DNA from: Eledone cirrhosa | Lineage: Eukaryota | Length of the DNA: 64,000 nt | Reading direction: 5' to 3' | Assembly (NCBI GenBank): GCA_964016885.1 | Contig: OZ024744.1 | Coordinates: 53,816,001-53,880,000 of the forward strand | Shown here: piece after piece, positions 25,601 to 39,500 of the stretch | Numbering within the stretch: the first letter of the stretch is position 1 | How the letters are laid out: every line of letters begins with the position of its first letter | Made by a program: the position numbers and the translations under genes | The notes under the pieces: generated by a model | Told to the model about the DNA's origin: nothing | The model's database searches: none | The model's input: only the letters and a program-made list of their open reading frames with translations

Positions 25601-27204
25601 CTTGCCCTGATGCCCTTGACCATTATGCTGCGAAAAGTGAGAGCAGGATACAAGTTGGGAAGGGGAGAGCTTACCATCAATCACCTCCTCTTCATGGACG
25701 ATCTTAAGCTCTTCGGGAAAAGTGAGAAGGAGTTGGATGTGCTTGTTGACACTGTCCGTATTTTCAGCAGTGATATATGTATGCAGTTTGGTATTGGTAA
25801 ATGTGGAGTCATTGTGATGAAGAGGGGTAGGTTGAGCAGAAGTAACGGGATCCAGATACCAACAGGTGAGATGATAAAGGAAATTGACTCTGAGGAAGGA
25901 TACAAGTATTTGGGCGTTCTGGAGGCTGATGGCATAAAGAACAAAAAAATGAAGGAATTGTTAACAACTGAATACATTCGGAGAGTAAGGAGCGTACTGA
26001 AGTCACATCTGAACAGCAGAAATGCCATAAGCGCAGTAAATTCCCGAGCTGTGTCTATTATTAGGTACAGTGCGGGAATTCTGAGATGGAATGTTGCTGA
26101 ACAAAAAGAAATGGATAGGAAGACTAGGAAGCTATTGACTATCTACAACATGTTCCACAAGAGGAGTGATGTCGATAGACTCTACCTAAGGAGATCTGAG
26201 GGTGGAAGAGGTCTTATCAGCATAGAGGACTGTGTTCAGATGGAGAAAAACAACCTATACAAATACGTGACCTATAGTAAGGAGCCAATGCTCAGAACTG
26301 TACTGAAGGAGGGGACAGTAGGCCAGGGGATGTCCAAGGAGGAAATAACATCAAGGAGGAAAAGCAGCCTTAAGGGAAAATCCCTTCATAGTACCTTCTT
26401 TGAGAAAACTGAATTTAGAGATCCACAGACATGGAACTGGTTGAGAAGAGGAGACCTCAAAAAGGCTACAGAAGGAATGCTAATGGCTGCGCAGGAGCAG
26501 GCCCTCAAAACGAAGTGGTTGAAGCACCATATCTACAAGGAGAAGGCCAGCCCACTGTGCAGGATCTGTGGAGAGAGAGAGGAGACTGTGGCTCACATTG
26601 TGTCCGAGTGTAAACACCTAGCCCAGACCCACTATAAGGGCTGGAGACACGATGTGATGGGCAGGGTGATCCACTGGCACCTGTGCAAAGTAAACAATCT
26701 ACCACATTCTGAGAAATGGTATGAGCATAGGCCAGAGGCGGTGATGGAGAACAATCAGGTGAAGGTGCTGTGGGATTTTAGGATACAGACGGACAAAAAA
26801 CTGGAACACAATAGACCTGACCTGGTGGTTGTGGACAAAGAAAAAAGATCGTGCCTGATTGTGGATGTGGCCTGCCCGTTCGACACGAGAGTGCAAGAGA
26901 AGGAGAGGGAGAAAATTAACCGATACCAGGACCTAAAGTGGGAGGTGAAAAGGATTTGGAACTGCCATGAAGTCAAAGTGATCCCGATTGTCATAGGCGC
27001 ACTGGGGACTATCTCCAAAAGTTTCCAGGGATGGTTAAAGAAAATCGGCCCCTTCACGCTTTTTGGAACGCTTCAAAAGGCATGCTTGCTTGGAACAGCA
27101 AGAACCCCCCGATACGTCCTGAATATCTGAGGCTGCAGGTAGTGGCTTGATATTCAATCCAACGGACTTTCCAGTTAACCAACATCAATGACTGAGATTC
27201 AAGG
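22689..27204 (+). mobile_element. Full-length R4/Dong family B element with ~1-kb 5' leader
   Basis: Starts at the AAT boundary with the same 5' terminus as 32779; single long ORF; 3'UTR + AAC/AAT tail. Confidence 0.93.
23735..27130 (+). pseudogene. Family B RT-RLE polyprotein (1050 aa open from 23978; N-terminus has ATG>ATA and one stop)
   Basis: In-frame upstream WTKELNRNVMQC*LKSNPKERGYRRRMH (TAA 23936-8); PGPDG, YRPITCL, KAFD, GIFQGDSLS, FMDD, CRIC..HIVSEC, RHD, NRPD..VDVACP..KINRY. The sister copy has ATG at 34262. Confidence 0.9.
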
Positions 27205-27233
27205 AATAACAACAATAATAATAATAATAATAA

Positions 27234-29609
27234 TAAAACATTCTGGAGAGGAATATGGGAGCAGGATGTTAGACATAATGTCCAGGCAGGGTGGATTGAG
27301 ACAGTACAGAGGGAGATCGGTGAGCAGGCACACCAACAAACTGATTTGAGTATCACAGTTGAAACTCTTAAGGGGCAGGCCAAAAAACTAACCAACTGGA
27401 AATCACCAGGCCCAGATGGTGTGCAGGGGCATTGGATTAAAAATTTAACATCCCTCCACCCGAAGCTGACGGCCATGTTCAATGACTGCTTGGTGTCGGG
27501 TGAGGTGCCAGAGTGGTTGACAAAAGGTACCACAGTTCTGATAATGAAAGACCGAATCAAGGGTAATGATGCTACCAACTATAGACCTATCACATGTCTG
27601 TCCGTAATGTGGAAACTGTTGACGAGCATTGTGTCTGAGGAAATCTACCATCACCTCCACACAAACAACTTGTTACCGGACGAACAGAAAGGATGCCGAA
27701 AGAAGTCACGTGGTACAAAGGACCAGTTACTTATTGATAAGATGGTAATGGGGAATTGCAGGAGGAGACACACTGATCTTGCCATGGGATGGATAGACTA
27801 CAGAAAGGCATTTGACATGGTGCCTCATTCTTGGATCACCAAAAGCCTGGAGATCTTCAGGGTGGCAGATAACATCAGACAGTTGCTGGGCAGGAGTATG
27901 GGGTACTGGGAGACAGAGTTGACATCAACTGGAGTATCCTTGGGAAGCGTGAAGATCAAGAGAGGTATCTTCCAGGGAGATAGCCTGTCCCCTCTTTTGT
28001 TTGTCCTTGCCCTGATGCCCTTGACCATTATGCTGCGAAAAGTGAGAGCAAGATACAAGTTGGGAAAGGGAGAGCTTACCATCAATCACCTCCTCTTCAT
28101 GGACGATCTTAAGCTCTTCGGGAAAAGTGAGAAGGAGTTGGATGTGCTTGTTGACACTGTCCGTATTTTCAGCAGTGATATATGTATGCAGTTTGGTATT
28201 AGTAAGTGTGGAGTCATTGTGATGAGGAGGGGTAGGTTGAGCAGAAGTAACGGGATCCAGATACCAACAGGTGAGATGATAAAGGAAATTGACTCTGAGG
28301 AAGGATAAAAGTATTTGGGCGTTCTGGAGGCTGATGGCATAAAGAACAAAAAAATGAAGGAATTGTTAAGAACTGAATACATTCGGAGAGTAAGGAGCGT
28401 ATTGAAGTCACATCTGAACAGCAGAAATGCCATAAGCGCAGTAAATTCCCGAGCTGTGTCTATTATTAGGTACAGTGCGGGAATTCTGAGATGGAATGTT
28501 GCTGAACAAAAAGAAATGGATAGGAAGACTAGGAAGCAATTGACTATCTACAACATGTTCCACAAGAGGAGTGATGTCGATAGACTCTACCTAAGGAGAT
28601 CTGAGGGTGGAAGAGGTCTTATCAGCATAGAGGACTGTGTTCAGATGGAGAAAAACATCCTATACAAATACGTGACCTATAGTAAGGAGCCAATGCTCAG
28701 AACTGTACTGAAGGAGGGGACAGTAGGCCAGGGGATGTCCAAGGAGGAAATAACATCAAGGAGGAAGAGCAGCCTTAATGGAAAATCCCTTCATAGTACC
28801 TTCGTTGAAAAAACTGAATTTAGAGATCCACAGACATGGAACAGGTTGAGAAGAGGAGACCTCAAAAAGGCTACAGAAGGAATGTTAATGGCTGCGCAGG
28901 AGCAGGCCCTCAAAACGAAGTGGTTGAAGCACCATATTTACAAGGAGGAGGCTAGCCCACTGTGCAGGATCTGTGGAGAGAGAGAGGAGACTGTGGCTCA
29001 CATCGTGTCCGAGTGTAAACACATAGCCCAGAACCACTATAAGGGCTGGAGACACGATGTGATGGGCAGGGTGATCCACTGGCAACTGTGCAAAGTAAAC
29101 AATTTACCACATTCTGAGAAATGGTATGAGCATAGGCCAGAGGCGGTGATGGAGAACAATCAGGTGAAGGTGCTGTGGGATTTTAGGATACAGACGGACA
29201 AAAAACTGGAACACAATAGACCTGACCTGGTGGTTGTGGACAAAGAAAAAAGATCGTGTCTGATTGTGGATATGGCCTGCCCTTTCGACACGAGAGTGCA
29301 AGAGAAGGAGAGGGAGAAAATTAACCGATACTAGGACCTAAAATGGGAGGTGAAAAGGATTTGGAACTGCCATGAAGTCAAAGTGATCCCGATTGTCATA
29401 GGCGCACTGGGGACTATCTCCAAAAGTTTCCAGGGATGGTTAAAGAAAATCGGCCCCTTCACGCTTTTTGGAACGCTTCAAAAGGCATGCTTGCTGGGAA
29501 CAGCAAGAACCCTCCGATACGTCCTGAATATCTGAGGCTGCAGGTAGTGGCTTGATATTCATTCCAACGGACTTTCCAGTTAACCAACATCAATGACTGA
29601 GATTCAAGG
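27234..29609 (+). mobile_element. R4/Dong family B, 5'-truncated, two premature stops
   Basis: Near-identical to 24829-27204; stops at 28306-28308 and 29332-29334. Confidence 0.94.
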
Positions 29610-29635
29610 AATAATAACAATAATAATAATAATAA

Positions 29636-32600
29636 GGAGGAGGAACCACCCGAAGCAGACAATGATCTGAATACTGAGATAAATAATACCTGGAACAGAG
29701 ATACGGCCACTGAGGAGATGAATGCTGATGGGCTAGGACAAGATTTGGTTGACATCCTAAATTTAGTGGTAGATGAATTGAACAATGATAGGGGGAGACC
29801 TATGAACCTAAGATTTGTAGACAGGAAAAAGTTAAAAGAAACAACAGCTAAGGTAAACAAAGTCATTCCATACCTTGAGGCGAGGAGCCTTCACCAGTGC
29901 AACAATATCCTCAAAGCAACAGCAAATACGGTGAGGAAACTACTTGGTATAAAAGCGAGAGGAAACAACAGACAAGAAAGAGCAGAGCCTTGGTGGAAGA
30001 AACGACTGAGTGGTCAAATCAGGGAAATGAGAAATGACATTGGAAAGCTTTAGTCCCTACTGAATGGGACACTAAAAAACATAGGCACTAAAAATAGACT
30101 GGAAATAAAGTGCAAAACTAGGAGGAAAAAGCTAAATATTATCATAGAGGAACTGAAGCAACGCATTGTAGCAAAGAGTGCAAAAATCAGGCGATACGAG
30201 AACAGAGTCAGTCAGTATAAACAGAACCGCATGTTCGACAACAACCAGAAGATGCTGTTTGGATAGCTTGAGGGGAAAGAAAGAGGCAACGACTGAGGCG
30301 GAACAAACTAAAACATTCTGGAGAGGAATATGGGAGCAGGATGTTAGACATAAAGACCAGGCAGTGTGGATTGGGACAGTACAGAAGGAGGTCGGTGAAC
30401 AGGCACACCAACAAACTGATTTGAGTATCACAGTTGAAACTCTTAAGGGGGAAGGCCAAAAAACTAACCAACTGGAAATCACCAGGCCCAGATGGTGTGC
30501 AGGGGTATTGGATTAAAAATATAACATCCCTCCACCCGAAACTGACAACCATGTTCAATGACTGCTTGAAGTCAGGTGAGGTAACAGAGTGGTTGACAAA
30601 AGGTACCACAGTTCTGATAATGAAAGACCGAATCAAGGGTAATGATGTTACCAACTATAGACCTATCACATGTCTGTCCGTAATGTGGAAACTGTTGACG
30701 AGCATTGTGTCTGAGGAAATCTACCATCACCTCCACACAAACAACTTGTTACCGGACGAACAGAAAGGATGCCGAAAGAAATCCCGTGGTACAAAGGACC
30801 AGTTACTTATTGATAAGATGGTAATGAGGAATTGCAGGAGGAGACACACTGGTCTTGCCATAGGATGGATAGACAAAAAAAAAGGCATTTGACATGGTGC
30901 CTCATTCTTGGATCACCAAAAGCCTGGAGATCTTCAGGGTGGCGGATAACATCAGACAGTTGTTGGGCAAAAGTATGAGGTCCTGGGAAACAGAGTTGAC
31001 ATCAGCTGGAGAATCCTTGGGAAGCGTGAAGAACAAGAGAGGTATCTTCCGGGGAGATAGCCTGTCCCCTCTGCTGTTTGTCTTTGCCCTGATGCTCCTG
31101 ACCAGTGTACTGCGAAAGGTGAGAGCAGGATACAAGTTGGGAAAGGGAGGGCTTACCATCAATCCCCTCCTCTTCATGGACGATCTTAAGCTCTTCGGGA
31201 AGAGTGAGAAGGAGTTGGATGTGCTTGTTGACACTGTTCTTATTTTCAGCAGTGATATATGTATGCAGTTTGGTATTAGTAAGTGTGGAGTCATTGTGAT
31301 GAGGAGGGGTAGGTTGAGCAGAAATAACGGAATCCAGATACCAACAGGTGAGATGATAAAGGAAATTGACTCTGAGGAAGGATACAAGTATTTGGGCGTT
31401 CTGGAGGCTGATGGCATAAAGAACAAAAAAATGAAGGAATTGTTAAGAACTGAATACATTCGGAGAGTAAGGAGCGTATTGAAGTCACATCTGAACAGCA
31501 GAAATGCCATAAGCGCAGTAAATTCCCGAGCTGTGTCTATTATTAGGTACAGTGCGGGAATTCTGAGATGGAATGTTGCTGAACAAAAAGAAATGGATAG
31601 GAAGACTAGGAAGCAATTGACTATCTACAACATGTTCCACAAGAGGAGTGATGTCGATAGACTCTACTTAAGGAGATCTGAGGGTGGAAGAGGTATTATC
31701 AGCATAGAGGAGCGTGTTCAGATGGAGAAAAACAACCTACACAAATACGTGACTGATAGTAAGGAGCCAATGCTCAGAACTGTACTGAAGGAGGGGATAA
31801 TAGGCCAGGGGATGTCCAAGGAGGAAATAACATCAAGGAGAAAGAGCAGCCTTCAGGAAAAATCCCTTCATAGTACCTTCTTTGAGAAAACTGAATTTAG
31901 AGATCCACAGACATGGAACTGGTTGAGAAGAGGAGACCTTAAAAAGGCTACAGAAGGAATGTTAATGGCTGCGCAGGAGCAGGCCCTCAAAACGAAGTGG
32001 TTGAAACACGATATTTACAAGGAGGAGGCTAGCCCACTGTGCAGGTTCTGTGGAGAGAGAGGGAAGACTGTGGCTCACATTGTATCCGAGTGTAAACCAC
32101 TAGCCCAGACCCACTATAAGGGCTGGAGACATGATGTGATGGGCTGGGTGATCCACTGGCACCTGTGCAAAGTAAACAATTTACCACATTCTGAGAAATG
32201 GTATGAGCATAAGCCAGAGGCGGTGATAGAGAACGATCAGGTGAAGGTGCTGTGGGATTTTAGTATTCAGACGGACAAGAAACTGGAATACAATAGACCT
32301 GACCTGGTGGTTGTGAACAAAGAAAAAAGATCGTGTCTGATTGTGGATGTGGCCTGCCCATTCGACACGATAGTGCAAGAGAAGGAGAGGGAGAAAATTA
32401 ACCGATACCAGGACTTAAAGTGGGAGGTAAAAAGGATTTAGAACTGCCATGAAGTCAAAGTGATCCCGATTGTCATAGGCGCACTGGGGACTATCTCAAA
32501 AAGTTTCCAGGGATGGTTAAAGAAAATCGGCCCCTTCACGCTTTTTGGAACGCTTCATAAGGCATGCTTGCTGGGAACAGCAAGAACCCTCCGATACGTC

Positions 32601-32686
32601 CTGAATATCTGAGGCTGCAGGTAGTGGCTTGATATTCATTCCAACGGACTTTCCAGTTAACTAACATCAATGACTGAGACTCAAGG
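29636..32686 (+). mobile_element. R4/Dong family B, 5'-truncated, frameshifted, mosaic
   Basis: Homologous to 24150-27204 with stops and frameshifts; AAT/AAC flanks. Confidence 0.94.
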
Positions 32687-32704
32687 AATAACAACAACAA
32701 CAAC

Positions 32705-32778
<74 letters not shown>
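32687..32778. repeat. (AAC)n(AAT)n spacer
   Basis: Direct reading. Confidence 0.97.
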
Positions 32779-32779
<1 letters not shown>

Positions 32780-34580
32780 GGAAGAAGACGCACATGGTGG
32801 ATAGAAGGTCGTGAAATCGCTCCCGTAAGTTTTGATTTTTAACATATTTAAATCAATTGTGAAATAACAATTCTTAGTACAAATGATACATAAAGCATCC
32901 GTTTAAGTCTCAGAAAAATTCGGATCCATAATATATTGTTATATCGCTCAAATATTCAATTTTGTATTATACATTTTATATTCAAAAAAGAAAATGGTTA
33001 TATATGGAAGAAAACCCCCTCTGTCTACACTATATAGAACAGCCAAACAACAGCAATTTCACCAACACCAGAAACTAGATACACCACCTACGCCATCACC
33101 CCTCTGTGTACACTAAATACAACAGCCAATTTCGCCACCACCACCACCAATCTCAGCATAATAATAATAATTACTATTATTATTGTCTCAAGTTTTAACA
33201 AAATGTTTAATTCCAATATTAAGGAAAATATGTCAACGCGACTAACCCCATAGATTCACCGATCAAACAAAAATACAGTCTATTCAACAAAAGTCAGTAA
33301 CGACAACGTCATCACTACAGTCACCGCCGCGGCCGCCCATCCATCATTACTACCAATATCCCATCACCGCCGCCGCCACTCCTTCATTGCTACCACCGCT
33401 ATCCCCCCTTACCTTCTGTTAACTTACGAAAGGGGAAGGTGGCGGTATCACTAGACAATATTAATAAACAAGATTAATATTTAATTTTGGATCAGGAATG
33501 TTAGAGTCGAAAAGGAGAAAAATGACAAAATGACTAAATAACTAAATATAATTTCACCACCAACACCACCACCACTACCACGATGAAAACTCTGGTCAAG
33601 TCGACTCAACCGCTATTTCTACTCCAAATTCAACACCATCACTACAGTACTACGATCACATCACCACCACCACTACCTCATTATCGCTACCGCCGCTATT
33701 CTTTCCCACCACCTCCTGCTAGTTGCTGCTAGCACAGCACCGCCACCACCACCACCACCACCACCACTGCCTCATTATCACTACCGCCGCTAGTTGCTGC
33801 TAGCACAGCACCGCCACCACCACCACCACCACTGCCTCATTATCACTACCGCCGCTATTCTCTCCCGCTACCCCCTACTACATCGTAGTGCCCCCACTAA
33901 ATGAGGAAGGCATCAAAATATATAAATAGACTGAATTGATCACCCGGTCAAAATAAAAAAAACAAAAATAAAAATCAAAGCAGCACAGCAACAACGAAAA
34001 ACGTAAAGAAAAGAAAAACGAAGAGGAAAACAAACAGACGGACAGAGAAGGGAAGGGAAAAACTAAGTCAGACATTCAAATATTACATTACAATGAAACT
34101 TATGCTTATTCAATTTTCGGCGGATTTTTTTGCCTGTTTGTTTGTTTGTTTATTTATGTTCGTCTACAGCGTGATAATGCTACACAAAAATCACCGGGCG
34201 TGACGAAATCACCGGTGGTTATGTAACCATACATTTGCCAATCCTCGATAAGAGTGTTTAAATGTCGAAACCAAACAGTTCAAATAACGGTGAAATGGAG
34301 ACTAGAATGTCATGTGACAGACTCTCACCCAACAGGTGCTCCCTGGCTCAGCAGCAGGGACCTTGCTGTCAACCAAATACTGCTGGTGTCGGACGAAGAA
34401 GAAGAAGGAAAGGGACCAGAACCAACTGAACGAAAGAATTGAATAGAACTGTTATGCAATGTTACCCAAGGAGAAAGGCTATAGGAAACGATGCATAACA
34501 TCTGGAACGAGATTGGTCTATTTAAATTAGATGAACAAAAATTGGCCGGGCAGGCTCGGGTAATAAGAACTAAAGGATCG
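32779..34580 (+). mobile_element. R4/Dong family B 5' portion (leader + ORF start), 3' part lost
   Basis: Homologous to 22689-24030, with expanded CAC-rich middle; ends after DEQKLAGQARVIRTKG. Confidence 0.88.
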
Positions 34581-36559
34581 CCCTTATAACATAATTTTCT
34601 TCATTAAAATAACGGACCACATGTGTAAATAAAGAAACTGAATATCAGCCGCACCACTATTCAGAATTTTAAATCAAAACAAAAAGAAAAACGATATATG
34701 TAAGTAACAAACTCTATTGATTATATTACACCTACATGTATTATAAACACAACGAAAAATGTACACAAAACAAACATGCAGATATACAGACGTTCGCTCT
34801 TTGAACTTAAAGAAAAAACTATTTGAAGAAGAGAAACAGTCGTTAGATCGGACGACACACGTTGCTTATTTCGAGGAGTAAGTTTTGTTTAATTTGGTAT
34901 TCCCTAACACGAAAACTCGACAAATTATTTCACCACTTATCTCTACAAATAATCTGACACTAGTTGTGAGAAATGCATAAATATTTTTATATATTTACCC
35001 ATTACAATCGCTGTTTACATATTATTATTTTACTGTTTATTTCGGGGGATAAGTACTGTTTAATCAAAAATGCGCCTAATTATTATGCAATCATCTCTGT
35101 GGCTGAAGATGTGAAAGGTGCATATATATTTTTTAATATTTCCCCAATGCAATTTTCTTTTTTAGACATTTTGGTCGATTGTGGCTAAATTTCAAATTTT
35201 GAAAGGAAAATGGACAGTTGAAAGATCACTTCTCTCTCCCACCACCACATTCACAACCACTTCCTCACACATTCACACCAGTAAATCCCCAATCTATTTT
35301 TAGACTACTGTCACTGACTGCTACCTACCTCCCTTCTCAGTGTCTAATGTGTGGGTATATATATATATATGTGTGTATATACATTCGTGTGTATAAGTAT
35401 GCACGTGTGAATGTATATTTATGTATGTGTATGGAGCCCACATAAAGGACAAAACATAGGGGAAGAAAAAAAAAGAATACTAGCACACCATTTACACCTC
35501 AAACTCAAAATAGACAGAAAATGACATCGGAGAAGCAACTCCTATAAGCTACAATGTCACCCTACCCACTACCGCTCCCAGCACCCCCAACCCCAGCAGT
35601 AATCTCCCTGCCACCACCACCAACACCACTCACACCACAAGAACAGTTGAGAAAATTCTCGTACACCTCTTACAGCTGCAACCATAACAATATCACCTCA
35701 AACAACAACAGCAATGACCATAACTATACTGTTATAATAGTAATACTGATCTCAGTGCCAGCCAGCAAAGCACTACCAAAAGAGCCGGGCAACTTTCCAT
35801 GTATGTCCAATACCATGCGTAACGCAAGCATGTATTGCGAGATGAACATTAATACACAATAACAATTAACACAAAATAACAAATCGCTTTTCCTATGGTT
35901 AATCAGGAAGCGCGTCCCTCAAGAAGATGCCAACCTGAGATCGAAAAGTCCTCCTCTAGCACAAACTCTTCTCCAATTATGGACTGGATGGTCACTTGAT
36001 CGGGGATTGCCCCAACTCGAGCCCTCCAGATCCACCACCCAAACCACATCAAAAAGAAAAACCTAAAAGGATGAAATGGACCCGAGAAGAGTATAAAGAA
36101 GTAATATATGCATATTACTATGCATTAGGTAAGCCATCACAAGACAGACACACTTTAAACTCCTACAATCTGGAAAACTCGGAATCAAGCTAGCAGACGT
36201 GATATGGATGGAAATAAGTTGGCAAATGTAAGGAGGTATATCTTCAGAAATAATAGACTCACAGACACTGAAATAACTTCGATCAAGTAGGCTATGGAGA
36301 ATGCAATAAATATAAATGATGAAAGAACTGAAGAATCTCCCGGAGATAGTAACCAGTCACGCGTCTTTACTGAAAGACCTCCATCTGACCAAATCACAAA
36401 TAGGTTTGTAGAAATGAGAAGTCTTATTGAACCCGCTGAAAATAGCCAGAAGAGGGTCTTAGAAACAGTAATTGAAAACCAAACATCTGCTGAAGAACAC
36501 AGGGAGACTATGAAGGAATTAAAGCAAAAGATACTGAATGAGCTTGCAGTAGTAAGACA

Positions 36560-39500
36560 TCTTTATATATATAAAAGCGAGGATGTGTGTGTGTCTGTGT
36601 ACAACTTTCACAATTACAAACTGAATTTGACCAAATTTTCTGTGCACGTTCCACAGGTCGATACGATTGTTACATCACAAACATTTTTCAAATCGACCCA
36701 CGTTGAGCAATAAAAAATCGATATCAAAATTATCGGTAGAAAAATTGATGTAAGGGATATAACAAAATGTATTGACAATCCTTATAAAAAAGGGAGATAA
36801 CATACTTTTCAATATAAACATCACATTCATTTGATTGACGAGCGTTTGTTTCTTGTTTATTCTTTGATGCACTTTTAAAGTTATAATAACATTGTTGTTT
36901 TAACTTGTTTCACTATATTAAGTGTTAATTTTCGCGTTAAGGGCTTAATCTCGCAGCAGTCTCGAATTGACGAGATTTTGATGATGGTTTGTTTATTTTT
37001 AGAACAATCGTATGGGACTTTCTATTCAAACCATTGGGACCTATAACCTTTTCATTTTCAAAACTTTCATAAGGAAAGCCATGTTGATACAAAAAATAAT
37101 TTGTTTCACTTTCAAAGTTAACTGTAACGTTTCAATTCATACGCTTTACAACATTTCACCAAATATGCCCCGTAAAAGAAAGTATGCACATATTGGCTAT
37201 CGGTCGAAGAAAACAATGCGTGTAAATGACGCTCCGCCCATAACCGAAAATAGACAATGATTAAATACGGTGAGTACAGTTATTGAAACATCTTTGTCCG
37301 TCGCTGAGCGTCGGTTAGTGCGGCGAACCAATAATGCTGAAGCAACTGCTGCAGCACGAGCTGCAGAGACTACAGAGCAACGTGAAACACGCCTTGCTAT
37401 GGATGCTACAGATACTGCTGCAGCAAGATCTGCAGAGACAGTACAAAAGTATGAAAGACGCCATGCGCGTAATGCTTCAGCTAATGTTGCAGCAAGAGAA
37501 ATTGAGACTGAGCAAGAACGTCAAAGTCGGCATTTGAGAAATGCTTCAGCTACTGCTACGGCACGAGCTGTAGAGACTGTAACAAGTCGAGCTATTCGGC
37601 TGTAGAGTAACGCTGAACGTAGAGCTTTATCGCGGGGTATTTCAAAGGAATCACGCTCACGGTGCAGTTAATTATGACCCTAATGTAAACTATCAAATCC
37701 ATCCTGATATTCAAATATATGCCATGTCAAATACTTGCCAACATTGTAAAGCTAAAAAATGGGGGGAGAATCAACTGGAATGTGCTGCTCCAACGGTAAG
37801 GTTAATTTGCCCACCCTTAGGGAACCACTGCAACCTCTCCAGATGCTTCTAACAGGTAAGCATTCACAATCACGTGATTTTCTGAAGCATATCCGACAGT
37901 ACAACATTGCGTTTCAAATGACCTCTTTCGGTGCAAAACGTCTGAAGGAAGATGGATTTATGCCGACTTTCAAAGTACAGGGCCAGGTGTATCATCTCAT
38001 TGGATCACTGCAACCACTGCCTACTGAAGAGCCACAATTTTTACAGGTTTACTTTATTGTTAACTGTCATCAGCAAGCAGATCGAGGGCAATCGTAGACT
38101 TCAGACACTAAACTGGAACTCTTGATTGACCTCCAAGACATGCTTCCCTCTAACAATAGCTACATTCAAAGCTTCAAGTATGCTTTAGAAGAAGCACATT
38201 CGCCAAATTACGATATCGTCATTTACGTTGATGAGAGACCATCTGGGGAGCATGCGGGCCGCTATAATGCACCTACTTGTGGTGAGGTAGCCATTGTTAT
38301 TAGTGGAGAGCAGCACAGCAAGACAGACATTATTATCAAGCGACGAGACAACAGCCTTAACAGAATAAGTGAAACCCATCGATCTTACGACGCACTCCAG
38401 TATCCGCTATTATTTATTAATGGTGAGGATGGATATCATTTCGGAATTCATCAAATTAATTCCACAAACCAAGATGAGCATACCACGAAAATTGTCACGT
38501 GCATGGATTTTTACGCTTTCCGGTTCATGATCCGCGACATCTGCTTCAACCAGCTGCACCGATCACAATACCTCTTCAATCAATTTGTAGTTGACATGTT
38601 CGCAACAATGGAGTCCGAGAGATTAGGTTTCATTCGATTTAATCAGAAACAACTTCGCTGTGACACTTACATTCACATTCGTGATGGAATGAACAATGAT
38701 GCAGATCCTGATAGTATTGGACTGTTGTGCATCCTGCCTTCATCTTTCTCGGGAAGTCCTCGGTTCTTTTTCGATAAATTTCAAGATGCTTTAACTATTG
38801 TGCGCCTTTTCGATAAACCAGATTTGTTTATTACTTTCACTTCAAACCCAAAATGGGAAGAGATTCAGAAAGAACTCTTTCCAGGTCAAAAGGCCACAGC
38901 CAGGCAGGATCTTATTGCCAGAGTTTTCCATCTTAAGTTAATTAAGCTCATGGAACTTATCAAAAGAGGTGAAATCTTTGGCCCAGTACAATGTGACATG
39001 CTTACAATTGAGTGGCAAAAACGAGGCTTGCCACATGCCCACATTCTGATCTGGTTAAAGACAAAACTTAGATCAGATGAAATTGACAATGTCATTTATG
39101 CTGAGTTTCCGGATCCGTTAATCGACAGGGACCTTTACCAAAAAGTTAAAACACACATGGTGCATGGCCCATGTAGACATGGATTTCACATGTGTTAATG
39201 ACAAGTCTAGGTGCTCAAAGAAATTTCCCCGACAGTTCCTTAAGAACACTCAGACTGGTCATGACGGATACCCACTATATCGCCGGAGAAGACCCGAACA
39301 TGGTGCATTCACAGCAAGGGTTGGCAAACATGAGGTTGACAACAGATGGGTTGTTCCATATAATCCACTCCTTATAAAGATTTTTGATGCACACATAAAC
39401 GTAGAATACTGTAATTCGATTAAATCTATAAAATACATTTGTAAGTACATTAATAAAGGCTCTGATGCTGCTACCTTTGGATTACTTCGGGAAAACAGCC

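Noticed and set aside
7496-32793. Numerous short antisense or alternate-frame ORFs, including poly-L/N/I
   Set aside because: Shadows of the retroelement ORFs and AAT repeats
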